Position numbers and translations under genes: made by a program. A DNA stretch of 64,000 bases from positions 5,888 through 69,887 of the IMG/VR virus record IMGVR_UViG_3300044956_000373, one strand, 5' to 3'. Under the pieces are notes generated by a model that worked only from the letters and a program-made list of their open reading frames with translations, was not told the origin of the DNA and did no database searches. This document shows positions 1-8,439 of the stretch, piece by piece (the stretch's first letter is position 1; each line of letters starts with the position of its first letter). Source of the DNA: a virus.

Positions 1-2
1 AC

Positions 3-368
3 ATAATTCAAATTTGTAGAAATCAATCTAACATTTTAGAAAATGTTGAGGCGGTTACTGATGAACTATCTAATATGGAATTGTTTTCATTACTATTGGT
101 TTCACAAAAAAGATTGTTAATTGATTCATGTTTACAACATGCATCAGCCGCTTTAAAATTACCTTCTACGGTTTTATGGGTAGGGACTTCACCAACTATT
201 TTTGGATATAATTTACACAATAACATTATTGCAGATTTGGGTAATAATATTAAATTACCTGATTCATACTTGTTTGATTATAATTTTAATGGTGTTACCC
301 ATGAGTGTCCAATATTTGACAAACCAATTTTCGATATTAATATAATCGCTGAGGTACTAAGAAAGTAA
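3..368 (+). CDS. Glycosyltransferase, GT9/heptosyltransferase-like, C-terminal part (5' truncated by window edge)
   Basis: Frame is open from position 3 (IIQICRNQ...). Contains IDSCLQHASAALKLPSTVLWVGTSP, matching the GT9 'DS..H.AAA...P.V.L.G.T.P' pattern. Confidence 0.6.
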   Translation: MIQICRNQSNILENVEAVTDELSNMELFSLLLVSQKRLLIDSCLQHASAALKLPSTVLWVGTSPTIFGYNLHNNIIADLGNNIKLPDSYLFDYNFNGVTHECPIFDKPIFDINIIAEVLRK

Positions 369-404
369 TCATTAATTTATCTATCAAAGTATTTATATAG
401 TAAG

Positions 405-701
405 ATGATAGATAATAATATTATATTAAGTAGTAACCATTATAATGGTCAGTTAACCAATCTTTTATTCAAACATGACAACGATGACATTACAATAAAC
501 TTTGGTGTTGTTACCTTACCATTTCTTTTAAAACCTTACTTGTTAATGCCACCACGAGTGGTATACGAGACTTATACGTTTTTAACTTTTGATCCAACTT
601 GTAATAATGTCTTACAAGTACCTATACCAACTACATCTCCAACACCAACAAAAACGGTTACACCAATCCCTATACCATCATTTAATCCTTGTTTGGTATG
701 A
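405..701 (+). CDS. Small hypothetical virion-type protein with Pro/Thr-rich tail
   Basis: 98 aa ORF with TATTTATA at 390-397; C-terminal PIPTTSPTPTKTVTPIPIPS. Confidence 0.6.
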   Translation: MIDNNIILSSNHYNGQLTNLLFKHDNDDITINFGVVTLPFLLKPYLLMPPRVVYETYTFLTFDPTCNNVLQVPIPTTSPTPTKTVTPIPIPSFNPCLV

Positions 702-991
702 ATGTCTTTAGTCTGATATCTTTATCAGGTTCATCACCTTACAACATTTATGTTTGTGATATAACCAACACATATTGTTTTTTGGTTTCAGGTTCAACAT
801 CAATCCCACCTTTAATATCTTTTGTGGTACCACCACCTTTAGATATAGTAAATGAAATTTTATTAAAAATTGTTGATGATAACGGATGTGAAAAATATTA
901 TTATTATAGTTGTGACGACCAACCAATTAAACAATTTCAAGACTTAAGCACTTTTAATTTTATGGATGGTGAAATTTACCAATTTGAATAA
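698..991 (+). CDS. Small hypothetical protein (beta-rich, Cys-containing)
   Basis: ORF track 689..991; the ATG at 698 overlaps the previous stop (ATGA) and is the likelier start. Confidence 0.6.
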   Translation: MNVFSLISLSGSSPYNIYVCDITNTYCFLVSGSTSIPPLISFVVPPPLDIVNEILLKIVDDNGCEKYYYYSCDDQPIKQFQDLSTFNFMDGEIYQFE

Positions 992-1015
992 AGTTATATT
1001 TATATAATAAAACAA

Positions 1016-1558
1016 ATGGCAACTTTAACTAGTAGAACTTTAGCTACAGGTATTACGTCAACCGACTTAATACATATCGTTATACCAGATGATACTAGTC
1101 AAAGTCCTGAAGGTTCGTCATATAAAGCAACTATCGGTCAGGTTTTAGAATTAGTTTTACTAAGTGGTGATACTTACGTAACAGGAGGAACATATGACAA
1201 TAATACTGGAATCGCAACTTTTACGAACAATAAAGGTGTAGAATTTGATGTAACGGGATTTTATACTGAAAAAAAATATACCACTTCAGGTATAACAACA
1301 TCAAGTGCAACATTAGATATAAATTACACTTATTATGGTGTTAACTATGATGGTAATGTTAACTTAACTCTACCTGATGCGACCGGTTTAGATGGGAATT
1401 TTTTAATAATTAAAGATGAGGGGGGTAATAGTGGAACTTATGGTATAAGACTACTATCTTCATTAAATTTAATAGATGGTAGTTCTTATGTTGACATGAA
1501 TACAAATTTTATGTCTTTAACAATAATTGCCAGAAACAATAATTGGTGGATAATATAA
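1016..1558 (+). CDS. Putative virion fibre/decoration protein
   Basis: Thr/Gly-rich (DTYVTGGTY); C-terminal LTLPDA..IIKDEGG..NNWWII module typical of phage fibre proteins; TATTTATA at 997-1004. Confidence 0.55.
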   Translation: MATLTSRTLATGITSTDLIHIVIPDDTSQSPEGSSYKATIGQVLELVLLSGDTYVTGGTYDNNTGIATFTNNKGVEFDVTGFYTEKKYTTSGITTSSATLDINYTYYGVNYDGNVNLTLPDATGLDGNFLIIKDEGGNSGTYGIRLLSSLNLIDGSSYVDMNTNFMSLTIIARNNNWWII

Positions 1559-1565
1559 AAAAATT

Positions 1566-2780
1566 ATGAGTTACATATTTAATAATGCTGTAAAATACTC
1601 CGATAGTCCTAATTCAGATGCGTTCGGTAGACTAAGTGTTTTATGAAACAACAAGTCTTTTAGAGACACACATGTGAATAGTGATGGCTTATTGTTCAAG
1701 GATCAAGTAAACACAGGTACAACATCTTCAACGTGGGATCAAGACAACGCACAAATAATAATGAGTGGATATGGTAATTCATATGTAATTAGACAAACTT
1801 TTAGAAAGGCACCATATCAACTTGGCAAGAGCCAATTGTTCGAAGCAAGCTTCTCAAACTTCAAAATTCAAGAAAATGTAATAAAAAGAGTTGGAGCGTT
1901 CACCACATCAACCAATTCTTGAACAGAATATGATACTGATTATGATGGGTTCTTTTTAGAAAGTAATGGTATCACAAACGAAATATCATTTCAAGTATGG
2001 AAAACCGGAAACCTAAGTTTTTCGGCGGCCACAATGTCTTAGGATTTTACCCAAATAGACCCTTCATTGATAGATCGAAGTTTAACAAGTTTAATATTTG
2101 TTGACTTTCTATGGTTGGGTGTTGGTAGAATAAAATTTGGAATGGTGATTGATGGTGTGTTACATTTCTTTTCTCAAAATTGGGGAGTTAATAATTTAAC
2201 TAATGTTAATATGTCTTCACCTAATAAACCAATACGACATGAAATTAGAACTTATGGGGATTCAGGTCAATTCAATAAAATATGTAGTCAAATATCACAG
2301 GAAGGATCGATAAACGCATTAAATATTCCAATTGGTGTATTAAGAACGAGTAGTGTGTCTTTGGCAACATCAGGAATTAAATATCCTGTTATTGGATACA
2401 GAATTAACCCTGACTACCCTAATATATCACCAACTCTATTAGGTGTTAGTATTTTAACAACCACTAACTACGACTATATACTAACACTTGAAAAAAATCC
2501 AACTATTTTAGTGTCATATAGTTATTCGGCTTCTACTAATCCTGTAATACAATATATGATTACAAATGGAACCCCAACTATTTCATCATTAGGACTTATA
2601 ATTTCAACGTTTTATGGTGAAGGAAATTCTAGTAACTCAACCATGTTTACACTGAAAGATAGTGAACTTAGACCTGGAATTTCTATAGACGGAACACCTG
2701 ATAAAGTTTGGGTTTGTATAATACCACTTTCAAACTCGTTAGGTGTTTATGGTGGATTGAATATTGAGTATCATAAATAG
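1566..2780 (+). pseudogene. Decayed virion structural gene (DAFGRL...WLGVG type)
   Basis: One frame from ATG 1566 to TAG 2778-2780, broken by TGA 1644-1646, TGA 1920-1922 and TAG 2040-2042. Track ORFs 1674..1922 and 2067..2780 are in this same frame. Confidence 0.75.
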
Positions 2781-2832
2781 ATAGATTTTAGTTTATATTT
2801 TTTTTATTATTATTAATTTTCAATAAAAAAAT

Positions 2833-4080
2833 ATGAATACAATATTCGTTCAAATAGCGTCTTACAGAGACCCTCAACTTATCCCAACAATTAAAAACAT
2901 GTTGGAAATGGCGAAAAACCCCGAAAATTTGGTTTTATCAATTGCCAGACAATTTCATCCTGAAGATGGTTTTGATGATTTATCAGAGTATGAAAATGAC
3001 TCAAGATTTAAAATTATTAACATAGTTTATAAAGAATCAAAAGGTGTGTGTTGGGCAAGACATTTGACACAACAACAATATGATGGTGAAGAATACACCC
3101 TTCAAATAGATTCTCATATGAGATTTGAAAAGAATTGGGATGAGGAAATGATCTCTATGATTAAACAACTTCAAGATAAAGGTTATAAAAAACCATTATT
3201 GACAGGTTATGTTTCATCATATGATCCTGAAAACGATCCCGAAGGTAGAGTATTAGATCCTTGGCGTATGACATTTGATCGTTTTACTCCCGAAGGCGTT
3301 GTTTTCTTTTTACCTGAAGTTATACCTGGATGGAAAGAAATGACAGAACCTATCCCTGCAAGATTCTACTCCGCACATTATTGTTTTACTTTGGGTGAGT
3401 TTTCAAAGGAAGTACAACATGATCCTGAGTTTTACTTCCATGGAGAAGAGATTTCAATTACGGTAAGATCATACACACATGGTTACGATTTATTTCATCC
3501 GTACAAAGTTTTAATTTGGCATGAATACACAAGAAAAGGTCGTGTAAAGCAGTGGGATGATGATAAAGAATGGTTTAAAAAAAACGAAGATTGTCATGTT
3601 AAAAACCGACAACTTTTGGGTATTGATGGTGAAGCGTTTAATGGAGATATGTCAAAGTATTTTGGAAACGTTAGAACCATTAAAGATTATGAAAAATATG
3701 CCGGAATATTATTTTCTAAACGAGCGGTTCAACAATATACCATAGATAAAAATTACCCACCAAACCCTTATGAATTCAATAATGAAAATGAATGGGAGGA
3801 TAGTTTTATGTCAATATTCAAACATTGCATTGACTTAGATTTAAATCGAGTTCCTGAAACAGATTATGATTTTTGGGTAGTTGCATTTCATAACTCGAAA
3901 GACGAAACTCTTTTTAGACATGATGCCGATGTAAATGAAATAAACAGATTAAAGACTGATCCTAATGGTGTTGTTAAAATATGGAGACAATTTAATACTT
4001 CAGAAAAACCTAAGTATTGGGTTGTTTGGCCCTATTCAAAATCAAAGGGATGGTGTGATAGAATTATTGGGGGACTATAA
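2833..4080 (+). CDS. GT60-like (Skp1/polypeptide) N-acetylglucosaminyltransferase
   Basis: IFVQIASYRD, GVCWAR, LQIDSHMRF (DSH metal motif), FHGEEI and WHEY motifs resemble the GlcNAc-transferase (GT60) family. Confidence 0.75.
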   Translation: MNTIFVQIASYRDPQLIPTIKNMLEMAKNPENLVLSIARQFHPEDGFDDLSEYENDSRFKIINIVYKESKGVCWARHLTQQQYDGEEYTLQIDSHMRFEKNWDEEMISMIKQLQDKGYKKPLLTGYVSSYDPENDPEGRVLDPWRMTFDRFTPEGVVFFLPEVIPGWKEMTEPIPARFYSAHYCFTLGEFSKEVQHDPEFYFHGEEISITVRSYTHGYDLFHPYKVLIWHEYTRKGRVKQWDDDKEWFKKNEDCHVKNRQLLGIDGEAFNGDMSKYFGNVRTIKDYEKYAGILFSKRAVQQYTIDKNYPPNPYEFNNENEWEDSFMSIFKHCIDLDLNRVPETDYDFWVVAFHNSKDETLFRHDADVNEINRLKTDPNGVVKIWRQFNTSEKPKYWVVWPYSKSKGWCDRIIGGL

Positions 4081-4082
4081 AA

Positions 4083-5753
4083 ATGGTAAAGACAACTTTA
4101 GTAACTGGTCTGTGGGATATTGGTCGAGGAAATTTATCTGAAGGTTGGTCTCGTTCTTTTGATTATTATTTAAAAAAATTCGATGAACTACTCAAGATCG
4201 ATTGTAATTTAATAATTTTTGGTGATAAACAATTAGAGTCTTTTGTTAAAAAAAGAAGATCCGATTCAAATACTCAATTTATAGTTAGAGATATTGATTG
4301 GTTTAAAAATGGTGAATTTTACGAACAAATTCAAGAAATAAGAACTAATCCAAATTGGTATAATTTGGCAAGTTGGTTGTCAGACTCAACACAAGCTAAA
4401 TTAGAATTGTATAATCCTTTAGTTATGTCTAAAATGTATTTGTTGAACGATGCAAGAATTTTAGATAAATTTGTTTCTGAAAAATTATATTGGATTGACG
4501 CTGGTTTGGCAAATACCGTAAATATGGGTTATTTTACTCACGATAATATATTAGAAAAAGTAGACCAATTCGAAAATTTTACTTTCATATGTTTTCCGTA
4601 TCATGCAAATAATGAAATACATGGATTCGAATATTCAAAAATGAACGAATATGCAAACGCCAAAGTAGATAAAGTTGCAAGAGGTGGATTTTTTGGTGGC
4701 CCTAAACACATGATAGAACCTTTAAATACGAGTTACTATAACTTGATGGGTGATACACTATCTAAAGGATTAATGGGTACTGAAGAAAGTTTATTTACTA
4801 TTTTATTATATAATCATCCATACATGATTGATTATTTTGAAATTAATTCTGATGGTCTTTTATATACATTTTTCGTAAATTTAAAAAACAATAATGTCGA
4901 GATTAAAAATACCACAAAAAAAAGAACTATAAAAAAATCTTCAAAAGGAAAAGTTGGGTTATATGTTATAACATTTAATAGCCCAAAGCAATTCGAGACA
5001 TTAGTCAATACGATGTATGATTACGACTCTAATTTTTTAGAAAAAACTGAAAAATTTTTATTAAACAATTCAACTGATTTATCCACCACAGAGGAATATC
5101 AAAAATTTTGTGATCAATATGGTTTTACTCACATTAAAAAAGATAATCTTGGAATCACTGGTGGTCGTGTTTTTATTGCGGACCATTTTGATAAAACAGA
5201 TTTAGAGTATTACATGTTTTTTGAAGATGATATGTTATTCTACAACAGAAAAGAAGGTACATGTAAAAATGGTTTTAACCGATATGTACCAAATTTATAT
5301 AACAAAATTTTAGAAATCATGAAAAAAGAAAACTTTGATTTTTTAAAATTTAATTATACAGAATTTTTTGGTAGTCATGAAAAACAATGGTCTTGGTACA
5401 ATGTACCACAAAGTATCAGAGAAAAACGTTGGCCTAACAACTCACATTTACCAACACATGGACAAGACTCAAATAGTCCAAATTTAGAATTTATAAATAT
5501 AAAATCATTAAATGGGGTTCCATACGCAAATGGCGAAATCTATCTTTCTAATTGGCCAATTATAATGTCAAAAGAAGGTAATTTCAAGTGTTATTTAGAA
5601 ACAAAGTTTACTCATCCGTATGAGCAAACTCTAATGTCTTATTGTTATCAACAAACTATCAAAGGTAGAATCAATTCATCAGTGTTACTAATGACACCAA
5701 CAGAACACAATAGATTTGATTTTTATAAGTCCGAAGAGAGAAAAGAATGTTAA
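4083..5753 (+). CDS. HtrL/YibB-like domain fused to GT2-like glycosyltransferase
   Basis: N-terminal TLVTGLWDIGR...YNPLVMSK...WIDAG...GGFFGG...GTEE (HtrL-like); C-terminal LYVITFN...FFEDDM (GT-A fold acidic motif). Confidence 0.65.
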   Translation: MVKTTLVTGLWDIGRGNLSEGWSRSFDYYLKKFDELLKIDCNLIIFGDKQLESFVKKRRSDSNTQFIVRDIDWFKNGEFYEQIQEIRTNPNWYNLASWLSDSTQAKLELYNPLVMSKMYLLNDARILDKFVSEKLYWIDAGLANTVNMGYFTHDNILEKVDQFENFTFICFPYHANNEIHGFEYSKMNEYANAKVDKVARGGFFGGPKHMIEPLNTSYYNLMGDTLSKGLMGTEESLFTILLYNHPYMIDYFEINSDGLLYTFFVNLKNNNVEIKNTTKKRTIKKSSKGKVGLYVITFNSPKQFETLVNTMYDYDSNFLEKTEKFLLNNSTDLSTTEEYQKFCDQYGFTHIKKDNLGITGGRVFIADHFDKTDLEYYMFFEDDMLFYNRKEGTCKNGFNRYVPNLYNKILEIMKKENFDFLKFNYTEFFGSHEKQWSWYNVPQSIREKRWPNNSHLPTHGQDSNSPNLEFINIKSLNGVPYANGEIYLSNWPIIMSKEGNFKCYLETKFTHPYEQTLMSYCYQQTIKGRINSSVLLMTPTEHNRFDFYKSEERKEC

Positions 5754-5777
5754 TTGTAATATTTATAAAGAAAACTA

Positions 5778-6326
5778 TTGATGGAATTCTTTATTAAAAA
5801 AAATGCAACTCTCCCTTTATTAAAAATGCAAGTAGTAAAGGATGGTCGTAGTGATTATAACAAAATGATGGATTTTATTGAGGAAAGTGCAATATTTTTC
5901 TCAATGGTCAATACTGAAACTGGAATTCCAAAAATATCAACAAGACCCGCAGGGTTTGTAGAAAAAATATTAATAGAACCCAATGCTGATCCTGAATATT
6001 ATGTTTATTATCAATTCACACCTAAGGATACAAACAAACCAGGAAGATATGTAGGACAATTTCTTTTTAGAAATGATCAAGGTACTTTAATATTACCAAT
6101 AAGGGATGAACTATTCATCAATGTTCAAGAAAGTTTTATTGCCGATGATTTGGAATATGAGAGTTGTTATGTAGTTGATTTTCCGTGTTGTGTTGATCCT
6201 GGACCGATTCTTATTAGCCCAACCCCAACATCAACTCCGATACCAACAGAAACACCGATACCAACATCAACTCCGATACCAACAGAAACACCGATACCGA
6301 GTCCGACTCCATCACCATTGATATAA
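5778..6326 (+). CDS. Putative virion protein, BppU-like N-terminal domain plus Pro/Thr repeat (probably a truncated 5' part of a longer gene)
   Basis: FFIKKNATLPLLK...YYQFTPKDTNKPGRYVGQF resembles BppU-N-type domains; TATTTATA at 5760-5767; the frame continues past the stop. Confidence 0.6.
   Translation: MMEFFIKKNATLPLLKMQVVKDGRSDYNKMMDFIEESAIFFSMVNTETGIPKISTRPAGFVEKILIEPNADPEYYVYYQFTPKDTNKPGRYVGQFLFRNDQGTLILPIRDELFINVQESFIADDLEYESCYVVDFPCCVDPGPILISPTPTSTPIPTETPIPTSTPIPTETPIPSPTPSPLI
6225..6296 (+). repeat. Exact 36-bp tandem duplication encoding PTSTPIPTETPI x2
   Basis: ccaacatcaactccgataccaacagaaacaccgata at 6225-6260 and 6261-6296. Confidence 0.9.
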
Positions 6327-8335
6327 GAATTAAATGCAATTATAGACTCAGAATCGGTTAAAATAACATATGTGTTAGAATCTAATAAAAATGTTGAGTA
6401 AGAAACTGCAATGTTTTTCAATCACATTTTAGGGACGTACACTGGAAATAGTATTTCTATTTTTACGGGAGTTACTATAAATACAGGAGACATCATTGGA
6501 ACTACGATCGTAACTTTGGACGAAAATTTTGATAACTTAAATCGAGAAGATGCATTCGGTAATGTTATTGTTTTCCCAAGTGACTCAACTTGGCAAATAA
6601 CTAAAACCTATCCTTTAACCCTAACACCAACACCTACTAATACACCAACACCAACTCCTACCCCCACGCCAATTCCAACAACCCAATTGAGATTTTGGTT
6701 GATCTAATAATAACAGAAAATGGGGACTCGTATTTTAATTTAGAATCTACTTATTTTACAAATTGTTAGTCTGGTTTGTTTGTGATGAGTGCTTATGATA
6801 TTGCAATTACAGATTTTGAAATAGATGGTAATTTAGGTTCTGATAGAGATGGTCAGGCGGATATTCATGATTATACTTTAACTTTTGGTGGGATTGATTA
6901 TTCTGTTTACACTAAATCAGTTTAAGATGCTCAAGATCCATCCGTAAACCATATCTATATCGTAAACACAATTGACGAAAGTATTACACACAATATCGAT
7001 TTTTCAACCGAAGACGATATAGATACTATTTCTAACTTAATAGGAGTCACTCAAATACATTATTTATTATTCGCAATTGCTGGTGGAGTTAAAACTACAA
7101 ATGTTCAAATTCAAAATGTTGTAAATAGTTATTTATCTTTTATCGACCCATCAGACATAAATGTAACATTATCTAATTTAAATTTGAATTTTACGGGAAT
7201 TACCTCAAATTTACCGGCAAATGATTTAGGTTATAAATCTTTGAATTACAAACAAACTAATTTTACAGGAGATACGGAAAGTTTTGTCGAGTATTTAACT
7301 TTTGGCGAACCATCAGATATTGTGATAAATAATTTTATTGGTAATTACGCCAACACAGATAACTTAAATAATAATTCTTTTATTTTGTCCAACAATGTAT
7401 TTTATGGAAATCTGTCCTATGTAAATAATACATTTGGAAACTCTTGTTTTAATAATACATTTGATGACGATTGTTCAAATAACATAATTGGTAATTTATT
7501 TTATAATAATACCACAGATGACGATTTTGATGATAATTTAATTGGTAACAATTTTCACAATAATTACATTACCGCTAATTTCCAAAGAAACAGAGTTGGG
7601 GATGATTTTAATAATAATACAATTATTAATGGATTATTTTATAGAAATGATATAGGTAACCAATTTGAAAATAATGTAATAACTAATGGAGATTTTCAAA
7701 ATAACTAAATTAGAAATGCATACAATAACAATATTATAAACGGTCAGTTCTATAAAAACGAAGTTGCAAATGGATTCAATAATAATAAAACTTATTTTAA
7801 TTTTTATGGGAATATAATTGGTGGTGGTTATAATAATAATAGAATATACTTAAGCTTTTATGAAAATGTTATTGGTGAAATATTTGACGGAAACACAATG
7901 GACGACCCGACTAATTTTGGTTCATATAATTTTAATGGAAATAAAGTAGGTAATTACTTTCAAGGTAACACAATTTTAGGTGTTTTTGGGTATATCCAAA
8001 TAGGAAACTACTTTGAGAACAACAATATTGGTGACCGTTTTGGTTATGGGTTCAGTACTAGTCAAGGTAATGAAATTGGAAATTATTTTCACAATAACAC
8101 GATTGGTGAATATTTTTATAATAATGTGATTGCCGATGGATTTTATTCTAATACGATTGCGGACTTTTTTCAACTTAACAATATTAAGTTTTCATTAAGT
8201 TATACGGATTTTACAAGTGCGACACCTGTTTACGGAAATTACAATTGTGATTTGTTTTTAAACACAATATCTTAACAAAGATTATCTTACTATGATGGTT
8301 CGGATGTATTAACTATCGTAAATATTAACTCTTAA
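6327..8335 (+). pseudogene. Decayed fibre-like gene(s) with Asn-rich beta-helix repeats (IGNxFxNNx)
   Basis: Coding-like frame broken by TAA 6399, a frameshift near 6685, TAG 6767, TAA 6923, TAA 7706 and TAA 8273; natural-looking end TAA 8333-8335. Track ORFs 7184..7708 and 7898..8275 share one frame. Confidence 0.7.
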
Positions 8336-8351
8336 AAATTAAAATAGTTGA

Positions 8352-8384
8352 TTGATTTAGGTAATTTTTACTTCTATATTTATT
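8352..8384 (+). promoter_or_regulatory. Candidate promoter of DNA polymerase (TTG-N20-TATATTTA, overlapping a TATTTAT motif)
   Basis: TTG 8352-8354 and TATATTTA 8375-8382; resembles the Bacteroidota -33/-7 layout. Confidence 0.4.
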
Positions 8385-8396
8385 TACGAAGGTAAA

Positions 8397-8414
8397 TGTC
8401 GACCTTATTCGACA
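8397..8414 (+). promoter_or_regulatory. Hairpin in 5' leader of DNA polymerase (candidate translational operator)
   Basis: TGTCGA-CCTTAT-TCGACA: perfect 6-bp stem 25 nt upstream of ATG 8440, no U-tract. Confidence 0.45.
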
Positions 8415-8439
8415 GCTAATACACCAAAAGTAAATAACC

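Noticed and set aside
6225-6296. CRISPR-like array (36-bp repeats; also the 30-bp repeats at 40234)
   Set aside because: Directly adjacent tandem copies with no spacers, in frame, encoding Pro-rich peptides.
7300-8200. Diversity-generating retroelement target or template in the Asn-rich repeats
   Set aside because: No reverse transcriptase in the window and no near-identical TR/VR pair differing only at adenines was seen. The repeats are degenerate protein-level repeats.
1566-8335. Stop-codon reassignment (alternative genetic code) as the cause of the in-frame stops
   Set aside because: The interrupting codons are a mix of TAA, TAG and TGA and come with frameshifts. All three stops also end normal genes, and the long core genes are uninterrupted in code 11.
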